DNA of 33,259 bases. Source: a virus. This document shows, piece by piece, positions 1 to 7,069 of the stretch; within the stretch, counting starts at the first letter, position 1; each line of letters begins with the position of its first letter. A program made the position numbers and the translations under genes. Under the pieces are notes generated by a model, which was given only the letters and a program-made list of their open reading frames with translations, was not told the DNA's origin and made no database searches. The DNA lies in the IMG/VR virus record IMGVR_UViG_3300045988_058170, positions 1-33,259 of that record. One strand, written 5' to 3'.

Positions 1-99
1 AGCACGTAGCCGTTGGTGCGTGCGACGGTGGATGCGGCCTTGGTGGCCGGGTTGATGCCGAAGATGGGGGCGAAGTCGAGGGCGCGGCTGATAGCACGG
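1..99. repeat. Terminal direct repeat: bases 1-99 identical to 33161-33259 (circular closure or assembly overlap)
   Basis: Read directly: agcacgtagccgttggtgcg...ggctgatagcacgg occurs at both ends. The capsid reading frame is continuous through the overlap. Confidence 0.95.
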
Positions 100-527
100 T
101 TCACGTACGTGCGGTACTGGTCGAGGATACCGGCCTGATACGGCTGTGCGAGGATGCTCTGAAGCATGGTCTGCGGGGAGCCGGCTCGGAAGGTGGCGTC
201 GGTCGGATTGTATGCGCCGTCAACGCCGAACAGTTGGAGGAACTTCTTCGGGAAACGGTAGGAGATGTAGAAGGTGATGGGGTTGATGGTCACGACGCCG
301 TTGGTCGCGTCGTTGGACTTCTTCTTCTTTTCGGCTTCGGTTTCGCCGGCGGCTCCTTCGCCGAAGATGCCCATTTCGCCGGAGAAGTCGATGGTCTGCA
401 TCTGCGTGCCGATGAGGTCGATTGGAGTGCTGTTGGAAATCTTGGCGATGGCTCCGGCTGCGGGCTGGTCGGAAATCAGCTTGCGGTCTACGAAGCCGGG
501 CTTCAGTTCGATTGTCGCTAGGGACAT
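1..527 (-). CDS. Major capsid protein (HK97-fold type), N-terminal part; the gene crosses the window junction and continues 33160->32644
   Basis: ATG at 527-525 (MSLATIELKPGFVDRK...) with GAAAGG 5 nt upstream. The frame runs off base 1 and is in phase with ORF 32644..33165 via the 99-bp overlap (...ARTNGYV/LEHAGD...). Joined length is 1044 nt, 347 aa. It is absent from the ORF track because it has no stop on this side. Confidence 0.85.
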   Translation of the reverse strand, partial: MSLATIELKPGFVDRKLISDQPAAGAIAKISNSTPIDLIGTQMQTIDFSGEMGIFGEGAAGETEAEKKKKSNDATNGVVTINPITFYISYRFPKKFLQLFGVDGAYNPTDATFRAGSPQTMLQSILAQPYQAGILDQYRTYVNRAISRALDFAPIFGINPATKAASTVARTNGYV

Positions 528-705
528 GACTGCCTTTCATGGTAGGGGAATGGTGTCGGCCTTCTGCATTGCGGCCCCGACTCGGCCTCTACCACGATTG
601 TTTCCGGCTGTGTGCGCCTCAACCCCACGGTCACCCAGTGGGTATGCCCATGCATTGTTTAACGACCGTGCTGGGCGGTTCAGGTCCGTACATTCTAGGG
701 GAGAC

Positions 706-749
706 GGTCGGGCTTGGCATGATAACGAAGCTTCGAATGCCTGCCGACC
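706..749. repeat. 44-nt imperfect palindrome (ggtcgg..ggcat..cgaagcttcg..atgcc..ccgacc) in the HNH-capsid gap
   Basis: Arms 706-711/744-749 and 716-720/737-741 flank the perfect 10-bp palindrome 726-735. It would lie in the capsid 5' leader. Could be an RNA stem-loop or a packaging/cos-related site. Confidence 0.5.
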
Positions 750-762
750 ATCTCCAAGACAT

Positions 763-791
763 AGCATAACACCCCGTCTGACTTTCGTCAA
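763..791 (-). promoter_or_regulatory. Putative sigma70-like promoter for the capsid/tail genes
   Basis: Minus strand reads TTGACG (791-786), a 17-nt spacer, then TATGCT (768-763). It sits in the only sizeable gap of the late operon. Confidence 0.35.
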
Positions 792-799
792 ACGGGGTG
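770..799 (-). terminator. 8-bp hairpin downstream of HNH (possible attenuator/terminator)
   Basis: caccccgt (770-777) pairs with acggggtg (792-799) around a 14-nt loop. On the minus strand it is followed by GTTATGCTATGTCTT. It overlaps the putative -35. Confidence 0.3.
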
Positions 800-857
800 C
801 TGTGCAAACCAGAATCACAAGAGAGGAGCTGCACATTGCTGCGCAACAGTCATCATT

Positions 858-1142
858 CTACCACCTTCTCGTCGCAGTTCGCGTTCGGCGTGTCGCGGGA
901 CTCGCGATATGGTCCGACTTGGCCCGGTTGCACTGCATGTGCGCGGGAACGAGATTGTCCATCCTGTCGCTTCCGCCAGCAGCGCGCGGTATCACATGGT
1001 CTGCGGTGAACGCCAACGGATGCGCCGCGTTATGGCCCCAATAGAATGGTTCGCCGCAATAATAGCATGGCGCTCCAGTACGCTTGGTGCGCTCGCGGAG
1101 GATGGTGCGGTTGCGATGGTAGAGTCCAGTATCCTTACCCAT
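858..1142 (-). CDS. HNH endonuclease (terminase-associated type)
   Basis: CYYCGEPF...ADHVIPRAAGGSDRMDNLVPAHMQCNRAKSD is an H-N-H motif with flanking Cys pairs. Start is ATG 1142 (GGAGGTG upstream) or TTG 1151. The gene abuts the TerL stop. Confidence 0.85.
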   Translation of the reverse strand: MGKDTGLYHRNRTILRERTKRTGAPCYYCGEPFYWGHNAAHPLAFTADHVIPRAAGGSDRMDNLVPAHMQCNRAKSDHIASPATRRTRTATRRW

Positions 1143-1143
1143 T

Positions 1144-2592
1144 TCAGGCAATCACCTCCCTGACCTTGCGTTCCTTCGGACGGTTGACGCCACGATACCA
1201 TGCGGCGATGCTGACGCCCTTCAAACCCGCCGTGGTTTCCGTCTTGCGTATCGGCGCGAACTTCCACTGGTCATCCGAACCGGATTTGAGCTTCTGCGCG
1301 TTCTGCACTTCGGCGGTCAGTTGTGGGTTGTTCGTATGTTTGAACCGTCCCTCGTTCAACAGGTCGAGGAAGCCCTGCTGTGAGGCGAGGAATTCGGTTC
1401 CGGTCAACTGGATGACGTTCAATCCGCGTGGCAGCATGTCCCTTATCGGATTGTTCAAACCTCCCACATCCAAGATGAGCGTGGTCTTGCGCGGGCGCGT
1501 CTTCAATTCGTCCGTGACCCACTGCCATGATTCGGTGGTGGGGCGTTCGTCCACGATTTCGCCGATGATGTATGCCCACTTGTCGTAATGCTGCGAGCCG
1601 ACCGTGACCTCTTCGGTACTGGCGGCGACGCTGAGGGCGAGCGTGCTGGTCGCCGGGTCGAAGGTGAGCGCGTAGACGAGCGTATCACGGTCGTGCTGGA
1701 GGTCGGAGTAGGCGCTGTCCCACAGGTCCATGGGGATTGCGGGCGGAATGCTGTCGGCCCACCATAGGCCCAAGTCTTGGATGCGGAAGTCTATGAGACC
1801 GTCCGCGCCGCCCTGTTTGGCTATGGCAACGTCGGTGAGGAACGCTTCGCGTGGAATCACGTCCGGGTAGAGTGGGTTGGTGAGCGCCCACAACTGTTCG
1901 TCTTCGATGTCCGCCGTCTCGTCGTCGATGCCGTAGCGCACCGCATACGACATGTCGTCGTTCTCCGCATTGTCTAGGAACGTGTTGAACGTGTCTCCGA
2001 TGGACGAAGGGAGGAACGGGGTGCCCGTGTAGATTATCATGGCCATGCGGCGCGTCTTCAACGTCTTGGAAATCATCGCCTCGTATTCAGAGCGGAGTTC
2101 CTGCGCCTCATCAAAGATGACCAAATCGAACGTTCCACCCATTCCAGCGGAAGCGCTCTTGCGGGAGCGGAACCGGACGAACGCGCCGTTCCTCAACTGT
2201 AGGCGCTCGCGGCCCATGGTGGTGCTGAAGTGCGTGACTTCGGCTTTCAGTTCGGGGTTCGAGTCGATGGCGTCTTTCAAATCCTCCATGATTTTGTTGG
2301 CGGCTATCTGCTCGTGCGCGGTGACGAGCACGTTGAGTCCGAGCACGAACAAATAGTAGAGGATTGGGGCGGTGAGGATTTTCGTCTTGCCGTTCTGACG
2401 CGGCATGTTCAACGCGACACGCTTGTACTTCCACGTGCCGTCCTTCTTGCGTTGGAAGGCGTTGTTGAGGAATTCGACTTGGAACGGGAGGATTGCGTTT
2501 CCACGACCCCAGTTCACGTATTCCGCGGCCATGATTGCCACGTCGGATGTGGGACGTACGTTCGCCCTCCAGTTTGGATTCTTCACCAGCAT
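1144..2592 (-). CDS. terL: Terminase large subunit (Terminase_1 / HK97-like type)
   Basis: Walker A NMPRQNGKTK and Walker B FDLVIFDEAQE, followed by a C-terminal nuclease-like half. 482 aa. AGGTGG SD. Confidence 0.92.
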   Translation of the reverse strand: MLVKNPNWRANVRPTSDVAIMAAEYVNWGRGNAILPFQVEFLNNAFQRKKDGTWKYKRVALNMPRQNGKTKILTAPILYYLFVLGLNVLVTAHEQIAANKIMEDLKDAIDSNPELKAEVTHFSTTMGRERLQLRNGAFVRFRSRKSASAGMGGTFDLVIFDEAQELRSEYEAMISKTLKTRRMAMIIYTGTPFLPSSIGDTFNTFLDNAENDDMSYAVRYGIDDETADIEDEQLWALTNPLYPDVIPREAFLTDVAIAKQGGADGLIDFRIQDLGLWWADSIPPAIPMDLWDSAYSDLQHDRDTLVYALTFDPATSTLALSVAASTEEVTVGSQHYDKWAYIIGEIVDERPTTESWQWVTDELKTRPRKTTLILDVGGLNNPIRDMLPRGLNVIQLTGTEFLASQQGFLDLLNEGRFKHTNNPQLTAEVQNAQKLKSGSDDQWKFAPIRKTETTAGLKGVSIAAWYRGVNRPKERKVREVIA

Positions 2593-2593
2593 G

Positions 2594-3460
2594 TCATACC
2601 ACCTGATACTTCTTGAGGATGTCGGCGTCTGCGCCCTTGCCGTAGGCGTCGCCGATGGATGCGATGTCCTGCGCGGTCTGGGGGAACGTCAGCTCGTAGT
2701 CCAATGTGACGCCCAATGGTTCGAATACCGCGTTCAAATCCTGTTTGATGATGTAGGTGCGGCTGACGAAGCTTTCACGGTTGGACACCAATGATTGGGT
2801 TGTCGCTCCGAGCGTGTCGAGAATCTGCGCGTCCTGTGGGGGGAGTCCGGTTTCCATCTGAAAGCTCAATGCCGTGTTTTGCAGGAGGGTTTTGAGCTGT
2901 CCGTTGTCCCATTGGCTGAGTCGTTTGACTTCCGGTCGAACGATGGTGTCGTGGTCGTCGTTGGCGTCGAATTTCGTCCAGTTGGATGGATTCTTGTTCG
3001 GGTCGGCTTTGATTACCACGTCGGGGGACGTGCCTACCACGACCGGCTCGGGCAGCATGAGATGTTCGAGGTTTTGAGAGATGAGGCCTTCGATGACCAT
3101 GGCGCGCTGCGCCAACAGTACTGCTTGGTCGGTGACGGGCGCGTGGCTGAGGGTGAGGCATCGAAGGTTCTCGTCGATTTCCTCCGCGTTCTCGTCATAG
3201 CAGCGACCGTCCAAGCCTACTGCTGCTACTTTGTCCAATGGCAGGTCTGCCGTGGGGAGGTAGTCGGCGCTGAGCGGGTCGCCGTCCTGCATGAGGAAGT
3301 AGGAGTTTACGCCGCCGATGGCTTTGGAGAGGATGCGGGTGAAGCTGCGTTTGCCGACCGCGCTGAAGTTGCTGACTCGCACGCGCATGGAGTATGCGTT
3401 TTTAACGAGTTCTATCCATGGGAATGAGATGGTCTGTTCGTCCACGATGGTGAGTGTCAT
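2594..3460 (-). CDS. Hypothetical 288-aa protein immediately upstream of TerL (portal candidate by position and size only)
   Basis: ATGA overlap with the upstream ORF and only 1 nt before the TerL start. No motif recognised. Confidence 0.6.
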   Translation of the reverse strand: MTLTIVDEQTISFPWIELVKNAYSMRVRVSNFSAVGKRSFTRILSKAIGGVNSYFLMQDGDPLSADYLPTADLPLDKVAAVGLDGRCYDENAEEIDENLRCLTLSHAPVTDQAVLLAQRAMVIEGLISQNLEHLMLPEPVVVGTSPDVVIKADPNKNPSNWTKFDANDDHDTIVRPEVKRLSQWDNGQLKTLLQNTALSFQMETGLPPQDAQILDTLGATTQSLVSNRESFVSRTYIIKQDLNAVFEPLGVTLDYELTFPQTAQDIASIGDAYGKGADADILKKYQVV

Positions 3461-3768
3461 GAGCGTTTCGCTTCCTTCGCTACGAGTTTCTGCAAGGTGG
3501 TTTTGGGTGTTTTGGCGGCGGTTGTCCGGCTTTTGTGCGAATCGACTTTTACCGCTTCGTCGAAGTTTTTGGTCATGGTCATGAGCAGCTGCATGAAGCT
3601 GACGTAGTTTTTCTGCGCGTTGATGGCCATGCTCATGTTGTATTCGCGGTCATCGTCGGCTGTTTCGGCTTTTCGCGCGTACTCTTCCATGTCTGAGTAG
3701 GCTTTGTCGATGAGTCCGTTGACCTGTTCCATGCGGCTTGAGAGGGCTTCTTCAGTCTTCCCTGCCAT
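3457..3768 (-). CDS. Hypothetical 103-aa protein (helical, basic C-terminus)
   Basis: Strong SD (AAGGAGG, 4 nt before ATG 3768). ATGA coupling to the next gene. Confidence 0.65.
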   Translation of the reverse strand: MAGKTEEALSSRMEQVNGLIDKAYSDMEEYARKAETADDDREYNMSMAINAQKNYVSFMQLLMTMTKNFDEAVKVDSHKSRTTAAKTPKTTLQKLVAKEAKRS

Positions 3769-3901
3769 AAATCCTCCTTAACTGTTCGGCCATTCGGCGT
3801 CGTTGTTCTCGATACCATCGTACCATTTCGGCTTTCATGATGGTGCGTCGCGTCGGGCTTTCATGGTATCGCGTGTCCGTGTTGTTGATGGTTGGTGTCA
3901 T
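3752..3901 (-). CDS. Hypothetical small basic protein (49 aa)
   Basis: ATG 3901 overlaps the stop of the upstream gene (ATGA). Sequence MTPTINNTDTRYHESPTRRTIMKAEMVRWYREQRRR. The longer 88-aa track version overlaps the upstream CDS. Confidence 0.45.
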   Translation of the reverse strand: MTPTINNTDTRYHESPTRRTIMKAEMVRWYREQRRRMAEQLRRIYGRED

Positions 3902-4401
3902 GTGAGGCTGTTCCTTACGTAGATTTTGCAGTCGCATCCTGCGTGTCTTACCCAGACGCCGTAATGGTTCGCGTCGTAGGGGTGCCAGATGCCGCACCGT
4001 TCGAGGCACCATGCGCATGTTTCGCCTACCGATTCGCGTACGACTTCGGTGGTCGAGTCGATGGCGAACAGGTTGGCGGTCGCCTCCTGCATGGGCTGTA
4101 CGGCCAGTTCGCGCTTGTATTTGGCGAGGAAGTCTCTGACTGTTTTTTCGGAATGCTGTTGGCTTAGGAGCCAGCCGATTTTCTTGCCGAAACTGTCGGA
4201 GTCGAGTCGCTCCAAGCCCAGTCCTGCGGATTTTTCCGCGACCTGCTTCCAGATGTCGCCCAAGACTTTACCGGCCATGTGCTTGTCGCCGCTGCTGGCT
4301 GCTGCTTGGGCTTGGCGTACCTGTTCGTCGGTGATGATGTCTTTGGCTGTCGGTGAGAGGATTTCCATGAGGTCTTCGACCGACTCCTGCGTGGTTTTCA
4401 A
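3898..4401 (-). CDS. MuF / SPP1 gp7-like minor head protein (short form)
   Basis: The C-terminal ETCAWCLERCG...WVRHAGCDCKIY resembles the C..C...H.nCrC signature of gp7/MuF-family head morphogenesis proteins. ATGA coupling on both sides. Confidence 0.5.
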   Translation of the reverse strand: MKTTQESVEDLMEILSPTAKDIITDEQVRQAQAAASSGDKHMAGKVLGDIWKQVAEKSAGLGLERLDSDSFGKKIGWLLSQQHSEKTVRDFLAKYKRELAVQPMQEATANLFAIDSTTEVVRESVGETCAWCLERCGIWHPYDANHYGVWVRHAGCDCKIYVRNSLT

Positions 4402-4775
4402 CTCAGATACTCCATCTGGTAGTTGTAGACGGTTGATGTGCGTCCGTCTTTGGTGGGCTGCGCATCGGTGGTGTTGAGCAGTGGCGCGCCCATGATGTCC
4501 CAGAGGCTTTGATTGTACCAGTCGGTCAGTGCGTCGCCGATTTCCGCGCTGAGCGTGTTGTCGGTTTCGCCCGTGAGGTCGCGTGTGACCACGGTGATTG
4601 CCACGTCCAAGTGTCGGATGTATGGGGTGATGTCGGAAGCGTTCTGGCGGGTGACGATGATGAGCGGATACTGGCTGGGGTTTTTCACTGTCGGATACTT
4701 GTCGTATACGCGCATGTTGAGCCGTTGGGCTAGTCCGTTGATGATGTCTTCGACGATTTCGTTGTCTTTGCTCAC
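4398..4775 (-). CDS. Tail-terminator / tail-completion-like protein (125 aa)
   Basis: Size, position as fourth of four connector-sized ORFs, and ATGA coupling. The assignment is positional. Confidence 0.4.
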   Translation of the reverse strand: MSKDNEIVEDIINGLAQRLNMRVYDKYPTVKNPSQYPLIIVTRQNASDITPYIRHLDVAITVVTRDLTGETDNTLSAEIGDALTDWYNQSLWDIMGAPLLNTTDAQPTKDGRTSTVYNYQMEYLS

Positions 4776-5044
4776 AGTCCGAATCCTTTCAGCGTGTCGC
4801 CGGAGTGCGGCGTCACATGGTATTTGATTTCCGTTCCGGCTCGATGCGTTCCGTTGAATGTGCTGAGCGTGCGGTATGTGGTCATGGTCGGCGGCTTGCC
4901 CCTGTATGAGTCCATCCGCAGTTGCGGCATGATTTGCGATGCGACGCGGCGGGACTCCTGTTGAAATCCCGCCGACTGCATGACGATGTTGGTTGCCGCG
5001 TTCGGTGCTGCGACCATGATTTTGGCACCTTTGAGTCTTGCCAT
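4772..5044 (-). CDS. Neck / tail-component-like protein (90 aa)
   Basis: ATG 5044 overlaps the upstream TAA (TAATG). Sequence MARLKGAKIMVAAPNAATN... The track's 5077 start would overlap the upstream CDS by 34 nt. Confidence 0.4.
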   Translation of the reverse strand: MARLKGAKIMVAAPNAATNIVMQSAGFQQESRRVASQIMPQLRMDSYRGKPPTMTTYRTLSTFNGTHRAGTEIKYHVTPHSGDTLKGFGL

Positions 5045-5355
5045 TAGTATTGCACCTGCTTCGCGTTGAAGCTCCATTTGAACGGGTTGAACATGACCTT
5101 GTTTTCTGGGTCGATGGGCGGTTTGATGGAGGTGACGCGGTAGGGGTTTCCGTGGTATTCGAGTTCGCCGCCGACGATTTCCGGGGGCGTGTCCGGGGTG
5201 GTGACGTGGATGGTGAGCGAGTCCACTTCGGTCATGTTGTCGAATTCGCTCGTGTTTTCGCTTGTCGTGTTCACGGTGACGAGCGCTTGGAACGTGTATT
5301 CGTTGTCGCCGGTGGTGACGGTGATTTCGTGTGTTTTGAGTCCGTAGTGCGTCAC
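5044..5355 (-). CDS. Head-closure / head-tail joining-like protein (103 aa)
   Basis: ...ELEYHGNPYRVTSIKPPIDPENK is reminiscent of the head-tail joining family. Placement after the adaptor-like ORF supports it. Confidence 0.45.
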   Translation of the reverse strand: MTHYGLKTHEITVTTGDNEYTFQALVTVNTTSENTSEFDNMTEVDSLTIHVTTPDTPPEIVGGELEYHGNPYRVTSIKPPIDPENKVMFNPFKWSFNAKQVQY

Positions 5356-5771
5356 AGTTTGAACCTTGCTATGGTGGGGCGTCCGACGCCCAGCTGTTTG
5401 AGTTGGTTGCTGGTGAAGAACACGTCATCCGTGTTGCCTCGCCATTCGCCGGTGAAACTGTAGCCGCCCGCCGTTTGGGTGAACGTTTTGAACGCGCTCA
5501 GGTCGGTGTCGCTGTCGGACGTGGATTCCTTGCGGCTTACGTCCTGTGCGACGCTGACGCCGATGATGTCGGCGACCATTTGGCGTGTGAGCGGGTCTTC
5601 TTCGACTTGCTTGTCCAAGTCGTCGCCTTGGTTGCGGTACATCATGCGGAGCACGTTGGAGGCGGCTCCGCGTTTGCGTTCCTCATAGTCCACGAGGTTG
5701 ACGGGCACCTTGTGGCGTAGGTACGCTTCGGTGTCTTCGACGGTGGCGAGCGGCTTCAGTTCGTCGGTCAA
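5352..5771 (-). CDS. Head-tail adaptor (gp6-like connector) candidate
   Basis: LKPLATVEDTEAYLRH is typical of the N-terminus of gp6-like connectors. Start is probably TTG 5771 (TTGA overlap, GGAAGGAAAAG SD) rather than TTG 5786. Confidence 0.45.
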   Translation of the reverse strand: MTDELKPLATVEDTEAYLRHKVPVNLVDYEERKRGAASNVLRMMYRNQGDDLDKQVEEDPLTRQMVADIIGVSVAQDVSRKESTSDSDTDLSAFKTFTQTAGGYSFTGEWRGNTDDVFFTSNQLKQLGVGRPTIARFKL

Positions 5772-5974
5772 TTCTTTTCCTTCCAATCGTGCATCGAGAG
5801 TCCCAGTTGCAGGATGCGTTCGGCGAAACGTTTTACCAGCTTGTCCTTCTCGTTTTCGTCCAACTCCATTGGCGAAGTCACCACAATGTCGTCGTCGATG
5901 ATTGAGAGGGTCGCCGGAACGCTTTCGTCGCGCACCATCATGCCGAGGATTCGGATGTCACGCATGCGCGGCAC
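5768..5974 (-). CDS. Hypothetical 68-aa protein
   Basis: In-operon ORF between the scaffold-like and adaptor-like genes. Start is uncertain (ATG 5974 or 5965). Confidence 0.45.
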   Translation of the reverse strand: MPRMRDIRILGMMVRDESVPATLSIIDDDIVVTSPMELDENEKDKLVKRFAERILQLGLSMHDWKEKN

Positions 5975-6446
5975 CCATCCAGTCCGGCGTCTTGGCGGTC
6001 GGTTCGACGGTCACCGGCGTGACGCGCGTGCGGCTGTTGACGCTAGCGGCAAGCTGCTTCTCGAACTCGTCGAGTCGTGTTTCGTCTTCCGGCAGGAGTT
6101 CGGCGCTCAGCCCGTACTGTTCGGCGATGGAGTTGCGTTTCGCCTGCAACAGTCCGAGGCTGATACCCTTCTCACGGGCTTCCTTGACGCGCGCTTCGGT
6201 CTCTTCGGCTAGTTTTCGGGCGTCTTCGGCTGCTTTCTGGGCTGCTTCGAGCTTTTCGCGTTCCTTGGCGAGCTTTCGGCTGATGATGGCGTCGAGTTGT
6301 GCTTGGGTGATTGTCGGCTCCTGCTGTGTCGTGGCTGCTGGGCTTCCAGTCGTGCCTTCAGAGCCTCCCATTCCGGTACCGGTCGCATTCGGGTCTGTTC
6401 CTTCCACTAGTCGGATTCGCTGATTGCCGTATCGTTTGAAGTTCAT
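5958..6446 (-). CDS. Scaffolding-like protein (DUF4355-like coiled coil)
   Basis: TQAQLDAIISRKLAKEREKLEAAQKAAEDARKLAEETEARVKEAREK is a charged coiled coil preceded by a Gly/Thr-rich linker. ATGA coupling. Confidence 0.6.
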   Translation of the reverse strand: MNFKRYGNQRIRLVEGTDPNATGTGMGGSEGTTGSPAATTQQEPTITQAQLDAIISRKLAKEREKLEAAQKAAEDARKLAEETEARVKEAREKGISLGLLQAKRNSIAEQYGLSAELLPEDETRLDEFEKQLAASVNSRTRVTPVTVEPTAKTPDWMGAAHA

Positions 6447-6640
6447 ACCAGTCTTTCCAATCTTAACCGCATCGTGAGTTCCACGATGTCCGTAGCAGCA
6501 TTATACGCCCTGCGCAGGTCCATTCGCGCTTTCAGCGTTTTCGGATTGTCATAGTCATCGGGCAGTGCTGCGAGCTGCCGTCCGAGTGATTCCTGAATGG
6601 CGCGGGCTTGGTTTTCAATCGTTTGGATGGATGCAGTCAA
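6443..6640 (-). CDS. Hypothetical 65-aa helical protein
   Basis: In-operon ORF; no motif recognised. Confidence 0.45.
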   Translation of the reverse strand: MTASIQTIENQARAIQESLGRQLAALPDDYDNPKTLKARMDLRRAYNAATDIVELTMRLRLERLV

Positions 6641-6824
6641 TCGCCACGTCCTTCTTGTATGTCGCTACGAGGCAGTTGTGCTCGTAGCCGCCTTCGTCCA
6701 CGGTCTGTATCGTCGTGTAATGCACTGGCGTGTTCGCATAGTCGGAATACCATGCGAATACGAGCATGGCGGTCAGCGTGATGGCGATGATTCCGTAGGC
6801 GATGGTGGTGTACGGGTCGCGCAT
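6615..6824 (-). CDS. Small membrane protein (one TM segment)
   Basis: Hydrophobic stretch IAYGIIAITLTAMLVFAWY. Confidence 0.45.
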   Translation of the reverse strand: MRDPYTTIAYGIIAITLTAMLVFAWYSDYANTPVHYTTIQTVDEGGYEHNCLVATYKKDVAIDCIHPND

Positions 6825-7069
6825 TCGTGCTCCTTTCCTAGGGTTCGTCCGATGATGGCGCAGGCCAGTGCGGCGCTGCGCGTGGTTCTTATTCTAGTCC
6901 GGTGGCCGAACATGATGCGACCATCGTCGGTCAGGGTCAGTTTGGCCAGTGTGCGCCCGCATCGCGGGCATTCGTAGACGCATGACAGTCCGCGTCCGGT
7001 GGGGCGGATTGTCACATCCGCCCCGAATCTTGCGCCAGTGTCGCAGAGTCGCCCTATCGGGTTTCTCAC
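6773..7069 (-). CDS. Small zinc-ribbon-like protein
   Basis: GTG start overlaps the primase stop (GTGA). C..(9)..C then CVYECPRCG. The C-terminal third overlaps the next ORF and is low complexity. Confidence 0.4.
   Translation of the reverse strand: MRNPIGRLCDTGARFGADVTIRPTGRGLSCVYECPRCGRTLAKLTLTDDGRIMFGHRTRIRTTRSAALACAIIGRTLGKEHECATRTPPSPTESSPSR

Noticed and set aside
220-540. 106-aa minus-strand ORF starting MKGSHVPSDNR
   Set aside because: It is the wrong frame over the capsid gene and is Arg/His-rich nonsense. The real start is ATG 527, whose frame joins the capsid C-terminus across the junction.
274-1044. 256-aa plus-strand ORF
   Set aside because: It runs antisense through the capsid start, the non-coding gap and HNH. 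It has no SD and an implausible composition.
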